From: Candidatus Falkowbacteria bacterium
Lineage (GTDB): Bacteria; Patescibacteriota; Patescibacteriia; CAIXNZ01
Direction: 5' to 3'
Assembly (NCBI GenBank): GCA_963774955.1
Contig: CAVZGV010000006.1
Location: forward strand, 223,224-287,223
Length of the DNA stretch: 64,000 bases
Below the pieces are notes generated by a model. It saw only the letters and a program-made list of their open reading frames with translations. It searched no databases and was not told where the DNA came from. The translations under genes were made by a program, and so were the position numbers. Within the stretch, counting starts at the first letter, position 1, and each line of letters opens with the position of its first letter. Positions 38,193 through 48,455 of this stretch are shown here, piece after piece.

Positions 38193-39787
38193 TTAGGCTT
38201 CCTTTAACTTTTCCAGTCTGGCCAGCGCTTCGGCTGTATTTTTTGAGCCCGAAATGACCTCGATAATTTTCTCCTGAGTATATTCATGGTCATCGCGCAA
38301 ATCATTGGCCAAATGTATAATTTTACCGAAAACAGGTCCGGGTTCAAGACCTAAAAACAAAAGATCACGACCCAGCAACAAATCAGCCGGCTTGCTTTGT
38401 TCTACATTTAAATCCTGCGCCCGTTGTAATAACCACTCGCCGGCTGGAAATTCAGAGGGGAAAATCTTTTGACTCCGAATCTTGCTCGCCAGGGAAAGGA
38501 CCACGGCCCAAATGATCAGCTTCAGCTACCAAAACCAATTCTTTAATGGTTGCCGGAGAGATCTTCTTGGCTAAACGACGGATAGCGCCGTCAGAAACTT
38601 TTGCTCCTTTTTTGACTTCCTCTTCATATAAAAAAGTCGGAAATAAATGATTGGCTACACAGGCAATTACTTTATCAGTTGTGGCCGTATCCATTTTTAT
38701 TTCTTTTAAAAATTTCTTGGTCGGATTTTTACCCTCAGGTTCATGGCCATGGGAAATAACCCTAATATTGCCCTCTTCGTCAGCCCTAAATTTAGTAGTC
38801 GTAGCTTTGCCCAGATCATGGCACAATGAAGCTAATAATATCACCAATGCTTCATCAGACGATAAATTCTCCCGCTTGGCGATTATTGCCGCCTGATCGA
38901 CTGACATCAAAGTATGATTCCAAACATTACCTTCAGGATGCCATTCCCGATCCTGAGGCATTTTAGCCAAGGGCGGAAAACTCGGATGGATTTCTTTCAA
39001 TATACCCAAGGCCATGCCTGCTGATAAACCAACAGAGGGCTTTTCCGATTTCAAAAGTAACTTTTTCCATTCCTCTAAAATTCTTTCTTCAGGCAATTCT
39101 TTTAATTGCGGGATCATATCAACAATCACCTTGGCGCTTTTACGATCCAAGTGATAAACCAAAACGGCCAATAAACTGCAAAGCCCGCATCATTCTCAAA
39201 GGATCATCACGAAAACGTTCAGCGTCGGTTATTCTTAAAACTCTGTTTTCAATATCTTCCAGTCCGTTATAAGGATCATGTAATTGTCCGGTCAGCGGAT
39301 CAGCAGCCATGGAATTTATGGTAAAATCACGTCTTTTAGCCGCTTCAGCCACACTCATGGTCGGATCAGCTTTAACTTCAAAGCCCTTATGCCCGCTGCT
39401 GACTTTAGAATCCTTGCGCGGCAAGGAAACATCAATATCAATGCCCTGGCCAAAGGAAATTTTTAAAATGCCAAAAGCCTTGCCCACATCCGAGACTTTA
39501 CCCAAGTCGCTGACCTGGTCTTCTATTTGTTTGGGTGTTAAACCATAAATTTCAATATCAAAATCCTTGGAAATTTTATTAAAGAATATATCCCGGACAC
39601 AGCCACCCACCAATAAAGCCTGGCCCCCGGCTGCTTTGATTTTTTCAGCAATTAAAATAACCTTTTCATACGTCTGAGCCAAATCCTCGTGACCCAAGTC
39701 GCGTAATTTCCTTAAATAGTCCTCGGGAGTCGGAATTTTGGCTTCAGGCTTCTTTTTGCCTTCATAAATAGCTAATTCATTTTTCAT
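38193..39787 (-). CDS. cca: CCA tRNA nucleotidyltransferase with HD domain (two apparent +1 frameshifts)
   Basis: VGGCVRD, KDFDIE, RRDFTINS, FRDDPLR, HPEG, LCHDLGK; split across three ORFs. Confidence 0.85.
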
Positions 39788-39887
39788 ATAAATTTATTAG
39801 GAATTATTATTTTAAGTATAGCAAAAACCGAGCAAAAATGTCACTAAAATAAAAACACCCCTCATCGAGGGGCGTTTTATACTATAG

Positions 39888-40560
39888 TTAATCAATTTTT
39901 ATCAGTTCAATACTCTTGATCCTTATATCGGTTAGCGGATGATCATTCTGATCGATTTTAGCTGCTTCAATTTTACTGACAACATCCATACCTGCAACAA
40001 CCTCGCCGAAATTTGTATGTTTGCCGTCTAACCAAGGTGGTCGCCTCAACGGTTACAATGAAAAATTGCGAACCATTGGTATTGGGACCGGAATTAGCCA
40101 TGGCCAGACTGCCCTTGACTAATTTATGCGAGTTAAACTCATCAGCAAATTTATAAGCCGGACCGCCCATGCCGTCATTGGACCGGTCATCATCTTTACT
40201 ATTGGGATCACCGCCCTGAATCATGAAATCAGCAATGACACGGTGAAAAGTAGTTTTGTCATAAAAACCCTTTTTAGCCAGATTCATAAAGTTATTCACG
40301 GTCAGCGGAGAATCCTGGCCATAAAACTTAACTTTAATATCGCCCAAAGAAGTTTTTAAAATTGCACCATTATACTGGTCTAATAAATCTTCCAAGCCCA
40401 ATTTGGCATAAGCCTGCTGTAATTTATCAGCCTGGTTGTTGACGTTGGCGTTTGCGTTGGTGTTGGTGTTCATATTGGTGTTTGTTACGGTTGTTGTTGG
40501 CTTGGCCTGACAGCCGGATAAAAGGGCTGCGAGTGCCAGAATGATTAATGTTTTTTTCAT
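39888..40560 (-). CDS. Cyclophilin-type peptidyl-prolyl isomerase lipoprotein (one apparent frameshift near 40040)
   Basis: LSGC lipobox; FHRVIADFMIQGGDP, AMANSGPNTNGSQFFI; continues PWLDGKHTNFGEV in the shifted frame. Confidence 0.88.
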
Positions 40561-40790
40561 GGGTTTTTAGGTTATATAAAGTTTTATGAAGTTGTATTAA
40601 GTTATATTAGGTTGCTTTTGATTGTAAGGTAAAAAACAGTTGCGGTAACCTGCCTGCCGGCAGGCAGGCGAAGCCCGAATGGTTTGGCATTGAAAAGGGA
40701 CGAGAGTCGTTAACGGAGCTTAGCTCCGAAGCGTCGGAGCTAAGCTCCGCACGTTCAGTCCTCTCCGCCCGTACGTTTAACAGTTAACGA

Positions 40791-41765
40791 TTATTCAACA
40801 TCTGCCTCCAGCTTAAAAGTATCCAACCACTCGGCAGTTACCACATTAACAGCAGCCCAGGTCCAGCCTTTGGCCTTAAAAACTGATTCACTGGGTATAT
40901 ATTGGATAATACTGTCATGGATGTAAAAAACTTTCGGACTTTCCGTCAATTTCACCAGTTTAGGATAGGTGAAAATAGCTCTGGCCGGCCCATCGGCCTG
41001 TTTAGTAACGAAGCTATAATCATGAATGGCATTCATAAATAAATCATAGCCATAGCGGTGGGCTGGACCAGCTTTGGTATCGCCGGTATCATTGGTAATA
41101 AATTCCTTAGTCGAATCATCATAACCGATCACAACCAACATATGATAAGATGTGCCTCTAGGCGCCGGCACAAACGGAATATTAGGATTATGCAGGTCAA
41201 AACCATACAAAGGTGTAATTACCGGGCGTTTGCCCTGTAATTCTTTTTTTATCTGCTCAATAGTGGGCTGCTCAATAATTATGGCGTTAGCAACCGTATT
41301 CTCATTAATTAACCTGGCTGTCCTGGCAGCGTCAGAATTGGCATTACCGCCCCAAAGTTTATTCTGAACATCAAAAAGCATGGACATTTCTTTTTTTGCC
41401 GCCTCAATGGAAACAGAACTTAGGCCGGAAAAATACTTATCCACCATAGTTATACTCGCCTCTTCACAGGCATTTTTCCAGGGACCGGTCCAGGAATTAT
41501 CAGGTGATTCGTTAATGTAGGGAACGGATAAAACAACTTTAACTAAATTTTCTGTTGCTACTGCCGGCTTATTAATATTTGCAGGAGAAACCACTAAGGC
41601 CACCTGGTTACTATCATTAATATTTGATTGGGGCACAGGCAGGACCACTGAATTTGTCTCGGAATTTACAACCATTTGAAAACCGGCAAAAATCATAGCC
41701 ACTGAAAAACAACCTGCTGCTAAAACAGCCGCCAAGACCAAGCCATATTTAATTATTTTAATCAT
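40791..41765 (-). CDS. C39-like cysteine peptidase with C-terminal half surface module
   Basis: NACEEAS (Cys), YHMLVVIGYD (His), ND; C-terminal LVKLTESPKVFY. Confidence 0.8.
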   Translation of the reverse strand: MIKIIKYGLVLAAVLAAGCFSVAMIFAGFQMVVNSETNSVVLPVPQSNINDSNQVALVVSPANINKPAVATENLVKVVLSVPYINESPDNSWTGPWKNACEEASITMVDKYFSGLSSVSIEAAKKEMSMLFDVQNKLWGGNANSDAARTARLINENTVANAIIIEQPTIEQIKKELQGKRPVITPLYGFDLHNPNIPFVPAPRGTSYHMLVVIGYDDSTKEFITNDTGDTKAGPAHRYGYDLFMNAIHDYSFVTKQADGPARAIFTYPKLVKLTESPKVFYIHDSIIQYIPSESVFKAKGWTWAAVNVVTAEWLDTFKLEADVE

Positions 41766-41804
41766 ATTTTAAATTTTAACCAATATTAAACAGAGGGCAA
41801 AAGT

Positions 41805-42794
41805 TTATTTAATATCATCACCATTTACAAACGTATCCAGCCACTCCAAAGTCACCAAATTTACAGCATCCCAGCGCCATTTCTTTCTGGTAAAAACCGC
41901 TGGCTGAGTTACATATTGTTTAATATTGTCATGCAAATAATAAATACGGGGGGAATCAATGGTTTTAACCAGTTTAGGATATGTAAAAATCACCCGCGCC
42001 GGACCATTGGCCTTATACGAGCCGAAATCAAAATCATGCAAAGAATTCATAAATAAATCATATTTATACCTATAACCGTCACCGTCCTTACGATCACCCG
42101 TATCATTAACAATAAATTCCTGATTTTCGTCATTATAACCGGTTATAACCACCATATGGTATGAAGTACCGCCCCTGGATGCAGGTACAAAAGGTATATT
42201 AGGATTTTTTAAATCAAAACCATAATGCATGGAAATCACCGGGCGCTTCTGCTGCAGCTCTTTTTTAATGTCTTCAACAGCTGGATTATCAATTATTTGG
42301 GCATTGGCAACGGTATAATCGTTAATCAAACGAACTGTGCGTTTGGCATCAGAATCAGCATTTGAGCCCCAAATGGCATTTTGATTGATAAACATAGCGT
42401 ACATAAAATTTTTAGCCTGAGCAATGGAAACGTTTAAATTGCCCAGATAATAATTCTCCACCATAGCCATGCTCGCCTCTTCACAGGCATTTTTCCAGGG
42501 ACCGATCCATTTATTATCAGGGGCTTCATATATATAGGGGACTTCCAAATTAAGCCGGGTCAGCTTGACATTCGGGCCAGCCACAGGAGAATATCCGTGA
42601 AAAACTTCTAATGCATCCTGATAAGAGTCCCTATCCGTATCGGGATTTTTGGGATCAGTCCCAAAAACTGTTTGTTCTTCATAATCAAAAAGTCCGTCTT
42701 TATCAGTATCATTATCTATTTTGGCAAAGACAAAACCAGCGGCAGAAATTAAGCCGATAGTAACTATTAAAAATAGAATAAATTTTCTACTCAT
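41805..42794 (-). CDS. C39-like cysteine peptidase paralog with DxDxDG (TSP3-like) repeats
   Basis: DTDKDGL, DTDRDSY; NACEEAS, YHMVVITGY; LVKTIDSPRIYY. Confidence 0.8.
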   Translation of the reverse strand: MSRKFILFLIVTIGLISAAGFVFAKIDNDTDKDGLFDYEEQTVFGTDPKNPDTDRDSYQDALEVFHGYSPVAGPNVKLTRLNLEVPYIYEAPDNKWIGPWKNACEEASMAMVENYYLGNLNVSIAQAKNFMYAMFINQNAIWGSNADSDAKRTVRLINDYTVANAQIIDNPAVEDIKKELQQKRPVISMHYGFDLKNPNIPFVPASRGGTSYHMVVITGYNDENQEFIVNDTGDRKDGDGYRYKYDLFMNSLHDFDFGSYKANGPARVIFTYPKLVKTIDSPRIYYLHDNIKQYVTQPAVFTRKKWRWDAVNLVTLEWLDTFVNGDDIK

Positions 42795-42928
42795 GTTAAT
42801 ATTTTAGCAAAAATGGACAAAGATGACAACCGCAATCTTGACATAATTTTAATATACTGATAAGCTAATATGTCGTACATTTAATCTCAAATTCAAAAAA
42901 TCAACAAGCCCAAAAAAAGGAGCTTAAA

Positions 42929-43330
42929 ATGAAATGTGAAGTCTGCGGTTATGAAAAAGATACCAAAGCGGCTGAATATCGTTACCTTTTCAATATAGAA
43001 CCTTTAACCGCCCAAACTTTTGGCGTAGTCCTGTTTGAACAAGGTAAACCGACCAAATTTGTCATCCAGTTCATTTGGCATGAAAAACCAGTGACCTTTG
43101 TTCTGCCCGCAGATATTACCCACCTCATTTATGCCGGCTGGGGTAGCAATTTTGACCTCAACTTTATTTTGCTGACCCAAGCCCAGGCGCAAATATTGCC
43201 GGTTACCTGCTGTGAACCATGTTTTAAAAAAATTCTGGCCCAGCAAACCGTCAGTCTTGCTCCCTACATGAACACTAATGAAGACGGCTACGATGACCCG
43301 GAAATTAAACAAATCACCCTCGGTAAGTAG
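42929..43330 (+). CDS. Hypothetical protein with CxxC...CxxC
   Basis: CEVC and CEPC pairs; TTGACA promoter, AAGGAG SD, downstream hairpin. Confidence 0.6.
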   Translation: MKCEVCGYEKDTKAAEYRYLFNIEPLTAQTFGVVLFEQGKPTKFVIQFIWHEKPVTFVLPADITHLIYAGWGSNFDLNFILLTQAQAQILPVTCCEPCFKKILAQQTVSLAPYMNTNEDGYDDPEIKQITLGK

Positions 43331-43495
43331 CCGAATTCAAGCGATTAACCGTAGGCCCCGGAAAACTTTCCGGAGCCTTTTTTTAAAAAAATTACCACTC
43401 GGTACCTCCCCTCTTTCTGCGTCGGCTTCCATTTGACTAAATAATAAATTACTGCTAAATTTATTTAAACCAAACCAAACAGGAGGGTCTTTAAA

Positions 43496-44077
43496 ATGGT
43501 AAAAATTCTGGGCATGCGTCACGGACAAAAAGACGGTGATAAAATCACTGTCTTGGGAGCCAAGCAGGTCTTTGCCGCCGGACTAAATTTGTCCGAGCGG
43601 GGCTTTCGCTTTGAACGGATTATTCATTCCGGAGCCATCAGGACCAAACAATCTTTATACGTTATGGCAGCAGCTCTCAAACTCTTTAAGCTGCCACTGG
43701 AAGAAAACAAGAGTTTTTCGTATACAACGGTCATTAAATACCATAAAGATTATGCTGAGTTTAAAGCTGAAATGATGAAGATCAAAAAAGCTGGCGGTAC
43801 CCTGGATGTAGCCCTTGAACTTAGTAACTATGCCCGGGCAATCCGAGAGTTTATGACCAAGTCATTGCTTGATCTTGCTGAGGACATGGAAAGACGCAAA
43901 CAAATCTACGCGCTAGCAATCAGCCATTCGCCCTTGATTATCAGTGCCTCACCAGAACCATGGCAAACGCCATATGGACTTTTTGAATGCGACGGCATTC
44001 TCTACACCATTAAAAAAGGCCAGATCACGGACTTTGATATCATCAGAGCCCCTATACAAGGCAAGACTACCTGGTAA
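43496..44077 (+). CDS. Histidine phosphatase superfamily protein
   Basis: MRHG, SGAIRTKQS, ISH motifs. Confidence 0.75.
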   Translation: MVKILGMRHGQKDGDKITVLGAKQVFAAGLNLSERGFRFERIIHSGAIRTKQSLYVMAAALKLFKLPLEENKSFSYTTVIKYHKDYAEFKAEMMKIKKAGGTLDVALELSNYARAIREFMTKSLLDLAEDMERRKQIYALAISHSPLIISASPEPWQTPYGLFECDGILYTIKKGQITDFDIIRAPIQGKTTW

Positions 44078-44131
44078 AACTCAAAAGGCCTACCCTATTC
44101 GGGCAGGCCTTTTTTTATTTAAGAGGAAGAT

Positions 44132-44827
44132 TTATTTTAAAATTTTCGCGACCAGATTATCAATATCCTTATTTTTATCCCAAATTTTTTTCATCTTTAG
44201 ATATAACTTTTTACAATCAGGATAAGGGTCGGGATATATTCCCCTGCTAAATTCTTGCCAAAAATTACTATTCTCAATTAAAACATTGAGGTTCTCGGTA
44301 AATTGCCAAAACTTATTATCAGGAGAATTACATTCACTGGGCAACAGCCCAAATTTTTTTGACAAATAGTCATATTCTATAAAATGCAACATTTCATGGG
44401 CTACAACACGTAAATCCATATTTTCCCGGCCCGGTTTATATGTCCGCAGCGGGAAGGCAAAGGTTTTTTCCTTGATAAAGCGTGGAAATGAACGGCCAAT
44501 AGAAACATAGGCACGGTAGTTACCTTTGGGCCAGGGCCAATCATGAAACAACCGGTCAACTTTTTTAAAAAATATTTTTTCCACTTTTTGCCATTTGGTT
44601 TGAGTGTTTCTGACACTATCGGCCAAATAGTCCTTTTGGGCCAAATAGTATTCATCCAAGTATGCATTCAAAATTTCATTTTTATTTTTTATAAATTCCT
44701 GGCGCAAAACAAAACCAATACCCACAGGCAAAAATCGCTCAGCATTTCTTTCTCTGGCCAGAAAAACCTTTTTTTCCCGATTCAAATCAACACAAAATTT
44801 AATTTTAGGATAATATTTTTTAGACAT
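44132..44827 (-). CDS. Hypothetical protein with HExxH motif
   Basis: VAHEMLH with downstream FTE. Confidence 0.6.
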   Translation of the reverse strand: MSKKYYPKIKFCVDLNREKKVFLARERNAERFLPVGIGFVLRQEFIKNKNEILNAYLDEYYLAQKDYLADSVRNTQTKWQKVEKIFFKKVDRLFHDWPWPKGNYRAYVSIGRSFPRFIKEKTFAFPLRTYKPGRENMDLRVVAHEMLHFIEYDYLSKKFGLLPSECNSPDNKFWQFTENLNVLIENSNFWQEFSRGIYPDPYPDCKKLYLKMKKIWDKNKDIDNLVAKILK

Positions 44828-44984
44828 ATATTTATTATCTCTAAGTATAACAAAAAATCGCCTCTAATAAAAACAACACCCACTACATCGGATGTTGTTT
44901 TGTTCTGGTTCGGGGGCTAGTTGACTATGTTGGAACTATTTGTTAAGGTAAAAAAAACAATTCCTATAGAAAAAGGAGGAAATA

Positions 44985-45359
44985 ATGAAAGTGTTGTTTT
45001 TTAAGGAGGATTATGACATTGATTTACATTATGGTCAAGGTCATACTGGTTATGGTGTTATTGTGGAGGGAAGTAATTTAGTAATATTTTTCAACAAAAG
45101 TACCTCCAAAATAACTGTTACTGAAAGCCCTGATTTTATTAAAAAAATTAATCCATTGTTTACACAGGAACAAATAAAAGAAGAAGAAGATCTGCTTGAG
45201 CAATCGATAACTCATACGAGAATAAAAATCACTAATACAGATGATGACACTTCAATAGAAGAATTGATTGCAGAAACAAAAAAATTCGCAGAACAAGAAA
45301 AAGCAATACTTGAAAAACTCCTATCACACTTTCCCGAAGAAGAGGAAAAGGAAGATTAG
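44985..45359 (+). CDS. Acidic hypothetical protein
   Basis: AAGGAGG SD; TTGACT-17-TAAGGT promoter. Confidence 0.55.
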   Translation: MKVLFFKEDYDIDLHYGQGHTGYGVIVEGSNLVIFFNKSTSKITVTESPDFIKKINPLFTQEQIKEEEDLLEQSITHTRIKITNTDDDTSIEELIAETKKFAEQEKAILEKLLSHFPEEEEKED

Positions 45360-45407
45360 GGAAAAAAGTAATAAAGCTTGCCCCCTGAGGAAACTCTTGG
45401 GGCATTT

Positions 45408-45665
45408 TTATTTTACAATTGAAAATCTTAACATTAACTTTAATCCTTTGCGCCCCTTTGTTGTTTTAAGATACTTTTCGCGCCTTTTGGCGTCTCTTTT
45501 ATCTTTATAGGCTTCATAAAAAATTAAATCCCAAGGCAGGTAGGGTTTTGTTGCTGCCGATAGACCATTATTATGCTCATTTAATCGTCTATCAAGATGT
45601 ATAGTATAGCCGACGTAAAATTGAGTAGGTTTGATTTTACTTTGTAAATAATAAACGAAGTACAT
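45408..45665 (-). CDS. GIY-YIG nuclease family protein
   Basis: MYFVYYLQS...YVGYT...RLNEHN...REKYLKT. Confidence 0.9.
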   Translation of the reverse strand: MYFVYYLQSKIKPTQFYVGYTIHLDRRLNEHNNGLSAATKPYLPWDLIFYEAYKDKRDAKRREKYLKTTKGRKGLKLMLRFSIVK

Positions 45666-45846
45666 AAATTTATAAATTATTATATCAATATTATAGCAAG
45701 TGGCCGCGAGAAATGTAACCACCGAGAGCGGCCAGAACCAGAACTCGCTCTGCTTGTTCGGTACTGGCCAGCCCCGAACCGAACAAAATCGTCGGTAACT
45801 AAAACAACACCCATTTTATCGGGTGCTGTTTTGTTCTGGTTCGGGG

Positions 45847-45920
45847 CGGAGCGGACGAGACTCGGACTCGCGACCTCTGCCGTGACAGGGCAGCGCTCTA
45901 ACCAACTGAGCTACCGCTCC
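45847..45920 (-). tRNA. tRNA-Asp(GTC), CCA not encoded
   Basis: GGAGCGG acceptor stem, D-arm AGCTCAGTTGGTTAGAGC, anticodon arm ctgcc-ctGTCac-ggcag. Confidence 0.95.
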
Positions 45921-46185
45921 AATTTTGAAGTTCTTTTTACCAACTGCTTGCCCGCCATAGCTTTAGCGAAGGCGGGAGCTACCGCTCCAAAATAAAAATA
46001 AGGTTTTCAAGCCTTGTGAAGCTATTATAGCATTTAATTTTTACCTTGGCAAGAGTTAATCCCCTGAAATTTACCCCTTCTTCAATCGCCTAAAATAATC
46101 TTATATATCCGCATTTTGAGTGTCTGGACAAATTTTACAAAATAGCATAAGGTTGTAATGTATTATAATTAATAACCTTAAAAAA

Positions 46186-47505
46186 ATGCTGACCACAATT
46201 TCCATTACTTTCGTGATTATAGCCCTGCTTTTCCTGTTTATTCTCTTTTTCATGGCTACATATAAGGTCGTCGACCCCAATGTCGCCCATGTCGTAGTCT
46301 TTATGAGCCGGGGCAGAAAAATATACGCGCCTCAATTATCAGGCGAAGGCAAAGCCAAAACAGCGTACTTTTATATCCCCCTTTTAATGAAACGCTTTAT
46401 CCTGCCGTTGACTAATGTAAAAATGGACATTCCTGATATTCATTTAAACGATATCCAGGTTGCTCCTTTTGTCTGTGATGTGATTACCTGGATACATATC
46501 CAGGATCCGATTAAAGCGGCTGAAAGATTATCATTAAATGAAAAAGATACTTTCAGCTCATTACGGGAAGACTTAGTAAATATTGTACAGGCAGTTGCCC
46601 GTGCCGTGGCCATGAAACAGGAAGTTTTGGATATTATGCGCGACCGCAAAACATTTTCCCAATCAGTCAGCGCTGAAGTTGACGGGGTCTTGGGTTCCTG
46701 GGGCATTGAATTGATAAATCTGGAAGTTAATGATATCCGTGATGATGCGACTAAAGAATCAAATGTCATTTCCGACTATGAAAGCATCCGAAAAGCCCAG
46801 ATCAATTCCAAAGCCAGACAAGAAGTCTCTATTCGCGATCGAGAAGCCGTGGAAATTGAGCAGGAAAACAGGCAAAAGGCGGAAATCGCCACTGCCATTG
46901 CTGAAGAAAATTTTACCAAAAGACAAATTGAAAAAGATAAAAATATCGGTATTATGGGACAGGATAAAGAAAGAGAAATTGCCCAAAAATCCGAAGAAGC
47001 CAATAAACAAAAAGTTGAAGCCTTGCGGACTAAAGATGTTGGTGAAGCCAATGTCATCAAACAGGCGACAATTGAAAGAGCGACCGGTGAAGCCGAAGCG
47101 ATCAGAGTTACCGGAGAAAAAGAAGCCAATGTTATCCAGCTTAAAGGTGAAGCCGAAGGCCGGGCCATTCAGGCCAAAGGTGAAGCTGAAGCTATTGCCA
47201 AGGAGAAAATGGCCGAAGCCATGCAAAAATTTAATGATGCCGCCACTAATATTGAAAAAATCAGAGCCTGGATAGACGTACAAAAAGCCATGTGGGAAGC
47301 TTATGGCAAAGTCGCCAGCAACGCTGATATTAAAATTGTCAGTTCAGGCAAAGGCGCCAGTTTATTGGGTGTGCCTTTAAATGCGGAAACCGGTGCTGAT
47401 TTTTCACAGATGATTGAAAGTATCGGCGATATTGATAAATTAAAACAAGTCATCAAAGTTGCTTCTGATAAACTTAACAAAAAAAGTAATTCTCAAGAAT
47501 CATAA
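46186..47505 (+). CDS. SPFH/flotillin family protein
   Basis: N-terminal TM, band-7 domain, AEAEA-type coiled repeats. Confidence 0.88.
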   Translation: MLTTISITFVIIALLFLFILFFMATYKVVDPNVAHVVVFMSRGRKIYAPQLSGEGKAKTAYFYIPLLMKRFILPLTNVKMDIPDIHLNDIQVAPFVCDVITWIHIQDPIKAAERLSLNEKDTFSSLREDLVNIVQAVARAVAMKQEVLDIMRDRKTFSQSVSAEVDGVLGSWGIELINLEVNDIRDDATKESNVISDYESIRKAQINSKARQEVSIRDREAVEIEQENRQKAEIATAIAEENFTKRQIEKDKNIGIMGQDKEREIAQKSEEANKQKVEALRTKDVGEANVIKQATIERATGEAEAIRVTGEKEANVIQLKGEAEGRAIQAKGEAEAIAKEKMAEAMQKFNDAATNIEKIRAWIDVQKAMWEAYGKVASNADIKIVSSGKGASLLGVPLNAETGADFSQMIESIGDIDKLKQVIKVASDKLNKKSNSQES

Positions 47506-47615
47506 GAAATAAATTCCATATCGATATAGTCCCCCAAAAACCGCTGTCCTGGCGGTTTTTTGGCGGAAAATAAAAAAGACCCGCAAGTTTCCTTGGGGTC
47601 TTAAACTTCAAATTA

Positions 47616-48062
47616 TTACAGGCGATTTTTTCGGACTGACAGCTTTCCATCAGCTTCCGCCTGATGATCCTGATAAGAATCAGACGATTTCGGGATGGCA
47701 TGAAAAAATCCATACACCGAAATAAAAAATGCCAGAATAAAACCAAATTTCATCCAGTCTGATTCGACAAAAGGAATGGCCAAAAAGGAACCAACTACCA
47801 GCAAAATATAAGCCAGCGTCAGAAGCATATTCACTCCCGAATACGTATGCTCTGATTGTTCCACCGACTTGTCCCAGCATTTTTCCGAGCAAACCCAACG
47901 GCCGTCAGAAAGTTCACAGCCGTCAGCATGGACAGGACAAGTGAAATCACATCCGTCAGGTCCGTCAACAGGCTCATCACTGCTGCAGGTTTTGACCATG
48001 TTGCCGCAAATGCAGCAAGGAACTTCGGGTGCCGAAGGATCAACGCATACTTTTTCAGACAT
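47616..48062 (-). CDS. Cys-rich membrane-anchored hypothetical protein
   Basis: CCICG, CPVH, CSEKC, then two TM segments; GAGGAGG SD. Confidence 0.6.
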   Translation of the reverse strand: MSEKVCVDPSAPEVPCCICGNMVKTCSSDEPVDGPDGCDFTCPVHADGCELSDGRWVCSEKCWDKSVEQSEHTYSGVNMLLTLAYILLVVGSFLAIPFVESDWMKFGFILAFFISVYGFFHAIPKSSDSYQDHQAEADGKLSVRKNRL

Positions 48063-48074
48063 AAATTCCTCCTC

Positions 48075-48320
48075 TTAGTTGGCGGACACGGTTTTGGTGA
48101 TGTCAAAATCAGGATCATTTTTCAGTTCAACCCACCGTTTGTCAGAGGTCATTTCCTGCCCCTGCCGAAAGGTTTTACCTGAACTTTCCAGACAAACCGC
48201 AGGTTTACCTTTCCAGGTGCCGATTTTGACAACCCGCCAAGTTGAACCATGCTGATGCAAGCGGTCCTTGCCGTGCTTGGACTTGGCTCGCAAAGTGACC
48301 ATATCGTTAGGATTAATCAT
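48075..48320 (-). CDS. Small SH3-like, phage-like hypothetical protein
   Basis: SKHGKDRLHQHG...RWVELKNDPDF; AGGAGG SD; TTGACA-17-TAATAT promoter. Confidence 0.6.
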   Translation of the reverse strand: MINPNDMVTLRAKSKHGKDRLHQHGSTWRVVKIGTWKGKPAVCLESSGKTFRQGQEMTSDKRWVELKNDPDFDITKTVSAN

Positions 48321-48455
48321 GACAACCTCCTATTTAATTAATTTTCAAGGAATATACTATATTAACAAAATATTAAGATTTTGTCAATACAAAAAAGCCC
48401 CCAATCCCTCAGGCGCTTCTGATATAATTCTTAGTTCTTAGCTCTTAGTTTTGAG

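Noticed and set aside
45855-45871. tRNA-Asp T-loop reads TCCGAGT instead of TTCGAGT
   Set aside because: Single-base deviation in an otherwise perfect tRNA inside the error-prone region; it cannot be separated from a sequencing error.
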